Below, in pieces: positions 1-8,962 of a stretch of 64,000 nucleotides of DNA; within the stretch, counting starts at the first letter, position 1, and every line of letters starts with the position of its first letter. The position numbers were made by a program, and so were the translations under genes. The stretch lies in NCBI GenBank assembly GCA_964585295.1, contig CAZPCY010000004.1, positions 90,786 to 154,785 on the forward strand, given 5' to 3'. This DNA comes from an uncultured Candidatus Poseidoniales archaeon (GTDB lineage: Archaea > Thermoplasmatota > Poseidoniia > Poseidoniales > Thalassarchaeaceae). The notes under the pieces were generated by a model. It made no database searches. It saw nothing but the letters and a program-made list of their open reading frames with translations, and was not told where the DNA came from.

Positions 1-1227
1 GAGTACCCTCTCGATTGCACCACACTCTTCGAGGGAGTATCTCAGGTTGCTGCTGGGACCGTGGAGACATGGTCGCTCGATGCGGCAGGCCGTGCGGTCT
101 GCACCGGAGTCGCTAGTCACTCCCGCGACATCATTTCTCCGGCTTCCCATTGGGACCCCGTAGTTGGAGCCGAGCATCTGTTGGAATCACTCCGACTCGA
201 TGTTGCCGACCGCTTGATGTCGGATGTCCCGGTCGGCATCGTGCTCTCAGGTGGGCTGGATTCTAGCCTCATCGCCGCTCTGGCGCACGAGGCTGCGGAG
301 ATCGCTGGAAAGCCGATTCCAGGATGCTATACGGTCACCGAGAGCGAGGACAATCCCGATCATATGGCCGCTCAGGAGGTCGCATCTTCACTCGATCTGG
401 AACATAGCTCCTGGAAGTTGGATGAAAGCGTCTTCCATAATCGATTGCCAGATCTCGGATGGCACGGTGAGGACCTCGATGTGACGGTGGTGTTCTTCCA
501 ACCACTATTCGATCGGATGTCGGAGGATGTGACTGTAGGCCTCTGCGGCCAGGGTGCTGATGAGTTGCACGCCGGATATCCTAGGTATCTCGACCCGAGC
601 GCACATGCATCGCTGGTCCGCAAACGACTTGATTCGGTCGAAGATGCGACTCCGACAAAAGTCTGCATTGGTCCTGTCCAACCGTGGCAGGAGCGACCGC
701 CTGAACCGGAGATTGCGTTCGCCGACCTCACCTCCATGCTACAGTTCGAACTCGACCGCGGTCAACTTTCCAATTTCCAATTGCGCCTCGTCGACAGACA
801 CAGCATGGCGCATGGATTGGAGGTCAGGGTCCCATTCCTCGGCTACCGTCACCGTACAGCGGCACATTGCCTACCCAATCGTTGGCGCCTCGACCGTGGT
901 CTCGAGAAGATCGCCCTCAGGAAGGCTGCTGCATTGACTGACCTACCTTCCTCGATTGTCGATCGGCCGAAGCTCCCAGCCGGTACGGCGACTGCCCCTC
1001 GTCTATTGGCTGAATTCCTCGAAGAGATGCGCCCGAGAGCGATGGAGTGGGCCGAGGATACACCAATTCTCGCTCCGGTGCTTAGAGACCAGCCAGAGAT
1101 GGCAATCGGTCTACGCCTCTTCTCGGCTCTACATCTGTCGGGCGCAGAGCCTCGACAATCCTCTTCCTTGCTAGATATTCTGGATGATGCCGATCCTGTG
1201 GCCGTCCCAGCCCAAGGTGGTGTCTGA
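1..1227 (+). CDS. asnB: Asparagine synthetase-like amidotransferase (PP-loop synthetase domain); 5' end runs off the window
   Basis: Frame 1 is open from base 1, with no stop before the listed start at 61. PP-loop motif SGGLDSSLIAALA. AsnB-like C-terminal region LRLVDRHSMAHGLEVRVPFL. Confidence 0.65.
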   Translation, partial: EYPLDCTTLFEGVSQVAAGTVETWSLDAAGRAVCTGVASHSRDIISPASHWDPVVGAEHLLESLRLDVADRLMSDVPVGIVLSGGLDSSLIAALAHEAAEIAGKPIPGCYTVTESEDNPDHMAAQEVASSLDLEHSSWKLDESVFHNRLPDLGWHGEDLDVTVVFFQPLFDRMSEDVTVGLCGQGADELHAGYPRYLDPSAHASLVRKRLDSVEDATPTKVCIGPVQPWQERPPEPEIAFADLTSMLQFELDRGQLSNFQLRLVDRHSMAHGLEVRVPFLGYRHRTAAHCLPNRWRLDRGLEKIALRKAAALTDLPSSIVDRPKLPAGTATAPRLLAEFLEEMRPRAMEWAEDTPILAPVLRDQPEMAIGLRLFSALHLSGAEPRQSSSLLDILDDADPVAVPAQGGV

Positions 1228-2452
1228 AGTGGAGGTCAACGGACTCGACCATCCCATAGCAGGATTTCTGGAGAGACGATTGAGCGAATGCATCGAAGAA
1301 GTTGATCGCTGGCTTGGTGGATTACGTTCTCTACATGGAACTCCGCTCCACTGTTCCTTCGATGTAAGAGACGCCGGTTGGAAGGTCGCGACGGTTGATG
1401 CCAATGCATTCCCTGCGGGATCGAACAATCCCCCCTTGGCTGATCGCAAGGCTCTGGGTTCACAGATGAAGTCCAACATTGAGAGACATCATCCAGAGGC
1501 TGAGAGGATCCTTCTCCTGCCGGAATCAAACACCCGCAACATCGGTTATGGGGAGAATGTACGGATTCTGCACAACCTGCTATCAAGCGGCGGCTACGAG
1601 GTCGTCGTGGGTTCTCCTAGATTGAATGGCGTGGAGAGACTCGTTGGAATCGATGGCTCGGTGGAACTCGTCGAAGTCGATCTCCAGGGAGATGATGCCA
1701 TCGCAGGTGGCTCACCGGTGGACCTGATTATCCTCAATGACGATCTAACCAGCGGCTCTCTTCCGATGGTGTCAACTCCGGTGCTTCCTCCAACGACTCT
1801 TGGGTGGTATCAGAGGCGAAAGTCGGGTCATTTCCGTTCGTTGCAACCCCTGATAGGAGAACTGGCAGAAATCCTGGGGGTTGATCCATGGCTTCTAGGA
1901 ACGCACTGGTTCGTCAGCGAGGATAAGTGCTTGGAGAAGGAGGTGTGCCGGATTGAACTGGCTGCGGAGGTCGACCGATGCTTGGAAGCCATATCCACAA
2001 AGCATCGCGAACACGGAATCGATCGCGAACCGGCGATGTTCGTGAAGAACGACCAAGGTACCTACGGGTTGGGGATTCTCAGGATAACCTCGGGTGAGGA
2101 GTTGCTACATCTATCAAATCGGAGGATGAATCGACTCACCTATGGGAAGGGTGGGTCAGATGTCGCCGACTTCCTGCTTCAGGAGTCGGTGCCGACGGCT
2201 CTATTCGACGAAGGCAAGGTGCTGGAACCTTGCGGCTATGCTGCCGATGGCCTCGCGGTTGGATGGTTCCTGCGATCCAACAGCAAGCGAGGTGATGAGG
2301 ACAACCTGAACACTCCCTCCAGCGGATATGTACATGTCGAAGATCTCAATCACGAGTCCAGATTTGCAGTCCTTCGTCGCCGGCAACTGCACCGCATCGT
2401 CTGCGAGGTCGGATCGGTAGCGATTGCCATCGAGGCGAATCACGATGGTTAA
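1184..2452 (+). CDS. ATP-grasp-like ligase, possibly the rare GshA (Thiobacillus ferrooxidans-type) glutamate-cysteine ligase family
   Basis: 422-aa ORF overlapping the asnB-like stop; an alternative GTG start at 1229 lies just after that stop. Segments FDVRDAGWKVATVDANAFPAGSNN and MFVKNDQGTYGLGI resemble my recollection of that family. The family assignment is from memory only. Confidence 0.45.
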   Translation: MMPILWPSQPKVVSEVEVNGLDHPIAGFLERRLSECIEEVDRWLGGLRSLHGTPLHCSFDVRDAGWKVATVDANAFPAGSNNPPLADRKALGSQMKSNIERHHPEAERILLLPESNTRNIGYGENVRILHNLLSSGGYEVVVGSPRLNGVERLVGIDGSVELVEVDLQGDDAIAGGSPVDLIILNDDLTSGSLPMVSTPVLPPTTLGWYQRRKSGHFRSLQPLIGELAEILGVDPWLLGTHWFVSEDKCLEKEVCRIELAAEVDRCLEAISTKHREHGIDREPAMFVKNDQGTYGLGILRITSGEELLHLSNRRMNRLTYGKGGSDVADFLLQESVPTALFDEGKVLEPCGYAADGLAVGWFLRSNSKRGDEDNLNTPSSGYVHVEDLNHESRFAVLRRRQLHRIVCEVGSVAIAIEANHDG

Positions 2453-2557
2453 GGAATCGAAGGTTGATTGAATCCCAAGGTACCAGTCGACCTCATCTGA
2501 GAATCTATGCCTTTGATATCGGGGCTGGTTCGGAATTTCATCGCCCGACCGTCTCGA

Positions 2558-2899
2558 TCAGACGTTCTCCCCTGATTGAGATGTTGTTGACTCGCCAGCC
2601 GAATCTTCACCGGATTCGGAACTACCCGGAGCATCCGAATGATTGGCTTGTCCCATTCCGACTATCTCGTAATTGGATGGGAATAGCGCAACTCCCACAC
2701 CGGCCACGAAGCAGAGCAGTGCCCAACCGAACGCGTTGCGGGTGATTAGAAGTTCCAATCCGATGGCGACTAGCACCAATCCACCTATGTTGGAGGTCCA
2801 AACCAAGGTCTTGAACGTGGAGAGTGAAACTCCCGTGGACTTGCTCGATCTGTATGGGCCGAACTCCGCACCGAATCGGACGGGGTCGTCTTTCGACAT
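2558..2899 (-). CDS. Small membrane protein, unknown function
   Basis: 113-aa ORF with two hydrophobic helices (GGLVLVAIGLELLI, WALLCFVAGVGVALF) and an acidic Ser-rich tail. Confidence 0.4.
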   Translation of the reverse strand: MSKDDPVRFGAEFGPYRSSKSTGVSLSTFKTLVWTSNIGGLVLVAIGLELLITRNAFGWALLCFVAGVGVALFPSNYEIVGMGQANHSDAPGSSESGEDSAGESTTSQSGENV

Positions 2900-2948
2900 C
2901 CGACTGAGGCGTGGGCTATCTCCGTTTGAACCTCGCGTGGCAGGTGCC

Positions 2949-3281
2949 TCAACGATCGATCATGATGATCGCATCGGTGGGACATGCTAGAACACAGAGT
3001 CGACAACCAGTGCATGGGTCGCGAAGCACCTTCGCCTTCCTGTTCACTTCGATGTCCATAATCGGGCTAGCGAGAGGGGTATCGTAGAGCTCAATGGCGT
3101 CGTCGTCGCATGCCAATGTACATTGATCACAACCGATACAGAGTTCCTCCTTGACCCAAGCCACGGTCCCCTCCCCACCTTTGAGAGATTCGAGTTCCTC
3201 TGCCTTGGCGGCATTCAGTGCCGTTCGGATACGACGCTGTTCGGCGGCCCTTCGGATTGCCACGTCCTCCTTCGACGTCAT
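2949..3281 (-). CDS. 2x[4Fe-4S] ferredoxin-domain protein with helical N-terminal extension
   Basis: Two cluster motifs: CIGCDQCTLAC and CTGCRLCVLACP. Confidence 0.75.
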   Translation of the reverse strand: MTSKEDVAIRRAAEQRRIRTALNAAKAEELESLKGGEGTVAWVKEELCIGCDQCTLACDDDAIELYDTPLASPIMDIEVNRKAKVLRDPCTGCRLCVLACPTDAIIMIDR

Positions 3282-3423
3282 CGCACCTTCGAATGGTGCG
3301 CTTCTCTCAAGCCTACCGCTTTGGGGACATCGCGAGCGATTGGGAATTTCCTCTAGCCAGAGCCATTGTGTTCAATCCGGTCGGTCACCTAGACTAGAAT
3401 CCGATTCGTCCGCTGCTTGATAG

Positions 3424-3813
3424 ATGCTCGACTCGATTCCCATTCGATTCAGCCGAACCATCAAGGAGGAATCGGTGGGGTGGGGGTACATGGTTGGTGA
3501 GGACATACACGAAGATGACCGAGCCGGCAGCCTGAATGAGTTCATCGATGGAAAGGTGGAGGCGATTCTTGAGCCGTCCTCATGGCAAGATGACCGAATG
3601 GCGATATTCTTCGCATCGATCGGCCCCTTGATCTGGATGATTATGGCCCTCCAGTCATTCGATTTCGCAGCCATCGCAATCGTCTGCCACGCTCAGGTCG
3701 GCTTTTTTCTCTGTCTCATCGCTCTAGGATATCGTCGTCCACGTGCGTTCAAGGGGTCGTTAATCGGCATAGCCATCTGCGCTGTGCTCAGCTCATTTTC
3801 CTGGATTCTGTGA
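3424..3813 (+). CDS. Hypothetical membrane protein
   Basis: 129-aa ORF with three hydrophobic segments in its C-terminal half. No recognisable motif. Confidence 0.35.
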   Translation: MLDSIPIRFSRTIKEESVGWGYMVGEDIHEDDRAGSLNEFIDGKVEAILEPSSWQDDRMAIFFASIGPLIWMIMALQSFDFAAIAIVCHAQVGFFLCLIALGYRRPRAFKGSLIGIAICAVLSSFSWIL

Positions 3814-3874
3814 TAGGAAGGTCCTCTTCTTAGCGGACTAGAAAGCGAAACGACTGTCCGGCGACGCTGCAGGA

Positions 3875-6751
3875 TTAAGTCTGCGCCGCTTCAACCGGAT
3901 TCGCGCCGCCCGCATCGGTCAGCATCGATCCCTCATCCAGTGCAGCTCTCCGCTCTTCGACCTGTCTTGCTAGGAAGCTTACGACGTCGAGAATCTCAAA
4001 GTCATGCTTCGGGTCGCCTTCGAACTTCAGGCATTCGAAGTGACTAACGCACTTAGGACAGGATGTGAGCATAATCTCGGCACCTGTCGAGCGCACCTCT
4101 TCGAACCGCTGGATTCGAAGTGCACGGCTGTTCTCATTGCATCCCATCATGCTGGAGACGCCGCAGCAGAGAGCGTCCTCACCGTGGTGCTCCATCTCGA
4201 CGAGATCGACGTTCTCGACGTTCCGGACGAGGTCGCGCGGCTGCTCGTACATGTTCATCTGACGCCCGAGCCGGCACGGATCGTGGTAGGTGACCTTGGT
4301 TCCCTCCGCGGCTTCCAATCGGAAGTCGTGGCCGGATTCCAGAAGATACTCCGCCGTGTGCATGACCTTCATGTCATCCAGTTCGTAGTCCATTGCGAAG
4401 GTACGGAAGCACTCTGCGCATGATGTGACCAAGGTATCGATGCCACTCTTGGTGAGTTTCTTCTGGTTGTACGACTTCAGCTTCTCAAAGACCTCGGTCA
4501 TTCCTTGCCACTTCTGATCGTGACCGCAACACTTCAGGAAATCTCGACCGAGGTAGGCGACGTCGAGCCCGGCTTCTTCGAAGAGTGTGAAGGCAGCCGT
4601 CGTAGTGTCGCCGAGATCCATAGTTCCCTCGTTGACATGACTGAAGACCATCTCCTGATCGATGTAATCGACGCATCCAGGATAGTAACCGACCGTCGAA
4701 TCAATCGGATACTCGTCGATTGGGATGAAGAGGCCGTCGGCCTCCTCCTCCGCCTCGGCAGCGAGAACGGCCTGCAGGACCGTGTGGGGAATCTCAGCGG
4801 CGGGCGGTCCACCGACGATCAGGTTTCTGCGGATGTCTACGTAGGAGTCGTAGTCGACTAACTGTGGGCAAGCGTTCGTGCAGGCGGAGCAAGTCAGGCA
4901 TGTGTACATCGGTACTCCGTCATCTTCGTTGTTCCATGTGTTGTAGATGATGTTGAGCTTGTCACCCGCATTGAAGAGTCTGACAGGACACGCGTCATCG
5001 CACAGGTCACAGCCGTAGCACTTGTTCATCTCCCATTCGTAACCCCGCGCCATCCTTCGCATCAGCATGTAGACCAACGCACCGACGCCCAAGCAAGGTG
5101 CGAATAGGGAGTAGGTCAACTTCGCATCGAGGCTCTTGGGGTTCTTCTGGTAGGTCGGATTGTCGACCGTATATGATGAGAGTGAAGCGGTTGTTATCCC
5201 AGCGGCAGCCATCGCAGTAGCATCGCTTCGATCGATTGCCATCCCGTCAGCGCCGATGAGGAGCGGCTGGAAGGCAATCACCTGAATGTCGCTCGGAACA
5301 TACATCGTATCGTTGATGCCGGTGGCAGTGATTGAGTAATCGACCGTGTAGGTCGCACCGGAGGCGAGATACACCATATCGACTCCGCACTCGGAGAGCG
5401 ATGCGACGGTCGCTCCAGATGAGTCCTTGACTGTGAGAGTGGTGTCTATCATACCGACTCCACGCTCGCTCGTTCTCGCGTTGCAGGCGATGTCGGCCGG
5501 CACACTCGCGACACCAAGGTCCTCGACGGTCATAGTTGCAGAGTGTGTCGTAGAGACGGCAGCTCCGGATGCGAGTCCGCTTAGGTTGAAATCCGCCGTG
5601 ACGGTGTTGCGACCGCTAGCGGGGTCGCCGTGAGCATTCTCTCCAGCGTAGTCGATGACGGTCGCCTGCGTTGGTTGGGTTATCCCCCAATTCAGCCAAT
5701 GCGTAGCGGGTATCAGACACCAATCCTCCCGGAGTTGATCGCCGCTGAGGAAATCCTTGTGCTGCCAAGAATCAGCTCCGCTAGAATCCGTGTATGGGAG
5801 GCAATGCTGTTCCATGTGTTCCCAATGGTGGTTCTCGCCGAGATGGATGACGGTGTCGATTGGCTGGCCCCGTAGGCCGTCCAACTCCTCCACCTCATCC
5901 ATGGCGCCGAGTCCGCCGAGATCCCAGAACCCGTTCTCGTAGATTGGCCAAGTGAAGGCGCACAGTAGGGTGGCGGCCAGAATCGAGCCAATCGCGAGAT
6001 TCCTGCTGCGCTCAGGCGTGACTAGTGCTCCTTGCGCTCGGACGAGCATCCATCTGCCACCGTAGTAGAAAAGCGCGAAGAGGAATATCCCGGTCAACAC
6101 CCATGGTATCGAGTTGAACACCTCCGCCAGCCAAGGTTGTCTGACTCCGCAAGAGAGTCCGGCATGCGAATTCAACTGGCAGAAGTCGGTCCGGTTCTTG
6201 CCGTATAGGTCTAGGAAGATGTTGATTGAGTAGACCGAGATGAACCAGACATGGGCGAGGTAGACCGCCCCGGCAGTGGCGAACCAAGGGTCTTCGACCC
6301 CCCGCTTCTCTCGTCCGCCAAGGAAGGGGGGGAGGGCGAGGATTCCGACTGGAATTCCCGTCAGGACGCTCCCCCACCAAGCTGCGTTCCAAGAGATGAC
6401 CGGGGTGCCGAAGAACGCTCCAATCGCTTCGGGGAGCGGGATGTCGAATTGCGGCAGGTATTCGCCCCAGCGTAGATAGCCGTACGAGAAAAGGACATAC
6501 CAGTCGGGGAAGACGAATCCTGCTTGGGCGAACGGATCAGCTGCTGAGTGGAGAGGTGGGGGAATCAGCCAGCAGTAGAAAGCCAGAACCATCAGGATGG
6601 CTGCTAGGATGATGGTGTCCCTGAGCGCCTCTTGTGGCCAGAAAGGCGCACCTAGATGCAGCCTCTTCCGCTCCTTCTCAGCAACTTGCAACTTGTCGCG
6701 CTCCGTTACGTACGTGTCGGCTATTCGACCAAATCTCTCAAGGATGCCCAA
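3875..6751 (-). CDS. Fusion protein: cytochrome b C-terminal/subunit-IV-like membrane domain, extracytoplasmic S/T/A-rich domain, TM helix, then HdrD/GlpC-type Fe-S module (2x[4Fe-4S] plus two CCG domains)
   Basis: N-terminal ADPFAQAGFVFPDWYVLFSYGYLRW is the PEWY-box equivalent of cytochrome b / PetD. Multiple TM helices follow. The C-terminal part carries CYGCDLCDDACP, CLTCSACTNACP, YYPGC...KCCGHD, and YHDPC...LCCGVS...SCPKC. Confidence 0.75.
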   Translation of the reverse strand: MGILERFGRIADTYVTERDKLQVAEKERKRLHLGAPFWPQEALRDTIILAAILMVLAFYCWLIPPPLHSAADPFAQAGFVFPDWYVLFSYGYLRWGEYLPQFDIPLPEAIGAFFGTPVISWNAAWWGSVLTGIPVGILALPPFLGGREKRGVEDPWFATAGAVYLAHVWFISVYSINIFLDLYGKNRTDFCQLNSHAGLSCGVRQPWLAEVFNSIPWVLTGIFLFALFYYGGRWMLVRAQGALVTPERSRNLAIGSILAATLLCAFTWPIYENGFWDLGGLGAMDEVEELDGLRGQPIDTVIHLGENHHWEHMEQHCLPYTDSSGADSWQHKDFLSGDQLREDWCLIPATHWLNWGITQPTQATVIDYAGENAHGDPASGRNTVTADFNLSGLASGAAVSTTHSATMTVEDLGVASVPADIACNARTSERGVGMIDTTLTVKDSSGATVASLSECGVDMVYLASGATYTVDYSITATGINDTMYVPSDIQVIAFQPLLIGADGMAIDRSDATAMAAAGITTASLSSYTVDNPTYQKNPKSLDAKLTYSLFAPCLGVGALVYMLMRRMARGYEWEMNKCYGCDLCDDACPVRLFNAGDKLNIIYNTWNNEDDGVPMYTCLTCSACTNACPQLVDYDSYVDIRRNLIVGGPPAAEIPHTVLQAVLAAEAEEEADGLFIPIDEYPIDSTVGYYPGCVDYIDQEMVFSHVNEGTMDLGDTTTAAFTLFEEAGLDVAYLGRDFLKCCGHDQKWQGMTEVFEKLKSYNQKKLTKSGIDTLVTSCAECFRTFAMDYELDDMKVMHTAEYLLESGHDFRLEAAEGTKVTYHDPCRLGRQMNMYEQPRDLVRNVENVDLVEMEHHGEDALCCGVSSMMGCNENSRALRIQRFEEVRSTGAEIMLTSCPKCVSHFECLKFEGDPKHDFEILDVVSFLARQVEERRAALDEGSMLTDAGGANPVEAAQT

Positions 6752-6769
6752 CTTTCTTCACCCCCTCGA

Positions 6770-7633
6770 TCAATGTGGCTCCGCTATGCCCTGCACCCAG
6801 ACGATGAACAGATGGATGATGATGAGTAGTGTGACGACGACGGGTAGCACGAATACATGGATGAAGTACATCCTAGTGACTGTCTGTCCGGAGAGGCTCG
6901 AGCCAGCGAACATCGCGGTGGCTATCCACTTCCCTACCAAGGGCGTCGAATTGGCCATGTTGATCCCAATGGTAGCAGCTCCGAACGCCAAGGCATCCCA
7001 AGGAAGCAAGTATCCCGAGTAGCCGAAGAAGATTGTGAAGAACATCAGGGCGACTCCGATTAGCCAGTTCAACTCGCGAGGATTCCGGTAGGCTCCGGTG
7101 AAGTACACCCGGCACATGTGGAGGAATACCGCGGCGACCATGAAGTGGGTCGTCCAATGGTGGATGGACCGCATGATGTAGCCGAACGGCAGTTGCGTCA
7201 TGATGTACTCCATGCTGGAGTAGGCGGGCGTCGGATCACCATCGCCACCTGGGACGTAGTAGAATCCGAGGATGGTGCCGGTAATCACTAGGATGATGAA
7301 GGCTAGGAACGAGATTCCTCCTAGGCAGTAAAGTGGATACCAGTACCAGATTATCCGCAACTTGTACTTCTCCGCGTGGGTCAGCGGCATCTGACGGTGC
7401 ATGCTCGTGTATGCCTCACGACTCATCGCCCAGTAGTCTTGCACCCGGAAGCGTGTGTCCATCCATGAGAAGACCCAGAGGAAGGATTTCTCCAACAGCC
7501 CCATGTTGCCGCTGGACTCGACTGCTCGGAGTATCTCCTTGCGAGGCATCTCCTCGCGCTCCTTGCGGAGCGTCATCGCGATTAGCACCAGCACGAAGAC
7601 GAGGAAGAGCCAGAGCAGCGTGAACTCGATCAT
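6770..7633 (-). CDS. Cytochrome b, N-terminal (b6-like) di-heme subunit
   Basis: MRSIHHWTTHFMVAAVFLHMCRVYFTGAYRNPRELNW and FIHVFVLPVVVTLLIIIHLF give two His pairs with 13 and 14 intervening residues (b6-type spacing). GYLLPWDALAFGAATIG is the cd-loop signature. Confidence 0.88.
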   Translation of the reverse strand: MIEFTLLWLFLVFVLVLIAMTLRKEREEMPRKEILRAVESSGNMGLLEKSFLWVFSWMDTRFRVQDYWAMSREAYTSMHRQMPLTHAEKYKLRIIWYWYPLYCLGGISFLAFIILVITGTILGFYYVPGGDGDPTPAYSSMEYIMTQLPFGYIMRSIHHWTTHFMVAAVFLHMCRVYFTGAYRNPRELNWLIGVALMFFTIFFGYSGYLLPWDALAFGAATIGINMANSTPLVGKWIATAMFAGSSLSGQTVTRMYFIHVFVLPVVVTLLIIIHLFIVWVQGIAEPH

Positions 7634-7644
7634 CTTCTATCTCC

Positions 7645-8502
7645 TCAGTCGCAGAACGTGTACCAGTCAGCGAATTCGTCGAGAGCCTCGATCGTGCCGC
7701 CATTGACGGTGAAGGGGATTAGGGGCATGCCGACCGGAGCCGGACCTCCAGTCAATTTGATACCGATATAGTCGAACTCCTTCCCCGTGCTCCGGTTCCG
7801 ATTCCGATTCATCTCGATTACAGTGGGGTCGTATCTGCTCGAGTGGCATATGCAGAACAACTTGTTGCCTCCAGAGTCGACGCCTCCCGGAAGCCATGTG
7901 TCGGCCGTGAAGTCATTGGCCACTAATTGCCAGCCTGGGATGCAGCAGAGGTGAGGGCAGCGACTGAAGACAATCATCAGGTCGTCATGCATGGCGAGCG
8001 AGGCATATGCCGGATCTTCGTTGACCTCCCCCCCCCATCCGATCACCTTGCCGGTCGCATCCTGCCCCTCCATGTACTGGAACCTAGGGTTGCCCTCGAC
8101 CGTAGGGGTGCCCGCGTTCTTTGAGTCGGGGATGTGCAGGACGTTCACAGGCAGCCCACTCCAGACCCCCTGCGCTCCAGCCATACCAGTATCCGACTTC
8201 CCAGCCTCAGTCACGAAGTCTGGTTTCGTCATCGTCTGCATATGCATGGATCCGTACCAGACGCTGTCCTCTTGTCCCTTCGGTACCCAGTATCTGACGG
8301 CGTTGTCAGTACCGGAGCCGCTGGATGAGCCCATCAGCATCGAGGCGAAGCCAATGGTGCCTAGACACGCGGTGGTGATGACTCCGGCCGCGCTGTTGAA
8401 GGAGTGGCGAACGAAGTCGCGGCGATCGATGAGTCTTTTTCCACCCGCTGTAACCTCCTCCTCGGCCCCAGGAGCCGGGCGAAGTCGGAAATTGCGATTC
8501 AT
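7645..8502 (-). CDS. Rieske [2Fe-2S] protein with twin-arginine signal
   Basis: Rieske boxes CPHLCC and CICHSSRYD; Tat-like RRDFVRHSF followed by a hydrophobic helix. Start chosen at the internal ATG (MNRNFRL), 10 nt after the upstream gene's stop. The listed ORF extends to 8583. Confidence 0.85.
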   Translation of the reverse strand: MNRNFRLRPAPGAEEEVTAGGKRLIDRRDFVRHSFNSAAGVITTACLGTIGFASMLMGSSSGSGTDNAVRYWVPKGQEDSVWYGSMHMQTMTKPDFVTEAGKSDTGMAGAQGVWSGLPVNVLHIPDSKNAGTPTVEGNPRFQYMEGQDATGKVIGWGGEVNEDPAYASLAMHDDLMIVFSRCPHLCCIPGWQLVANDFTADTWLPGGVDSGGNKLFCICHSSRYDPTVIEMNRNRNRSTGKEFDYIGIKLTGGPAPVGMPLIPFTVNGGTIEALDEFADWYTFCD

Positions 8503-8512
8503 CCAGTTCACC

Positions 8513-8962
8513 TCAACTCTTGTAATCGTGCCAACCCATCGTGTCCTTAGGTGGGATGAATTTGTTGCGGCGATGCTTGACAATCACCAAGTCGGGCATG
8601 ACGAACCGAAGGTGAAGAATTCCTAGGATGATGACGGTTAGAAGGGTCATCGCGAGGTGGAAGGATAGTTGCTGCTGGTCCCAGCCGTTCATCAGGCCAT
8701 AAGAGAGGGTGAAAGCCCAGTAGAGGGTGAAGAACAGGCCCCAAAGAGCGAATGCCATGACGAGCCAAGATGCTCCGCTGGGACGTATGCTGGCGCGGAC
8801 GATGGTTCCCGGTGCGACCTCGTTGAACACCCCGTGGTCAATCGCCTGCTCGTACTGCTCCTCGGAGAGACTAACCCCTTCGAGCGCTGCCCTCGCATCC
8901 TCAACGCTGACTTCTCCGCGCTTGACCTCGCGCAGGAGTTGGAGGATGACATCGTCCTTCAC
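8513..8962 (-). CDS. Small membrane protein of the Rieske/cyt b operon, with a SHOCT-like N-terminal helix pair
   Basis: GTG start in a GTGA overlap with the upstream stop. N-terminus LLREVKRGEVSVEDARAALEGV, then 2-3 TM helices. Confidence 0.5.
   Translation of the reverse strand: MKDDVILQLLREVKRGEVSVEDARAALEGVSLSEEQYEQAIDHGVFNEVAPGTIVRASIRPSGASWLVMAFALWGLFFTLYWAFTLSYGLMNGWDQQQLSFHLAMTLLTVIILGILHLRFVMPDLVIVKHRRNKFIPPKDTMGWHDYKS

Noticed and set aside
8038-8046. Nine-C homopolymer (G9 on the coding strand) inside the Rieske gene, with a similar run at 34263-34271 in a coiled-coil gene
   Set aside because: Both runs are in frame and encode Gly-rich segments in otherwise intact ORFs. I considered phase variation or frameshift hotspots, but there is no evidence of disruption.
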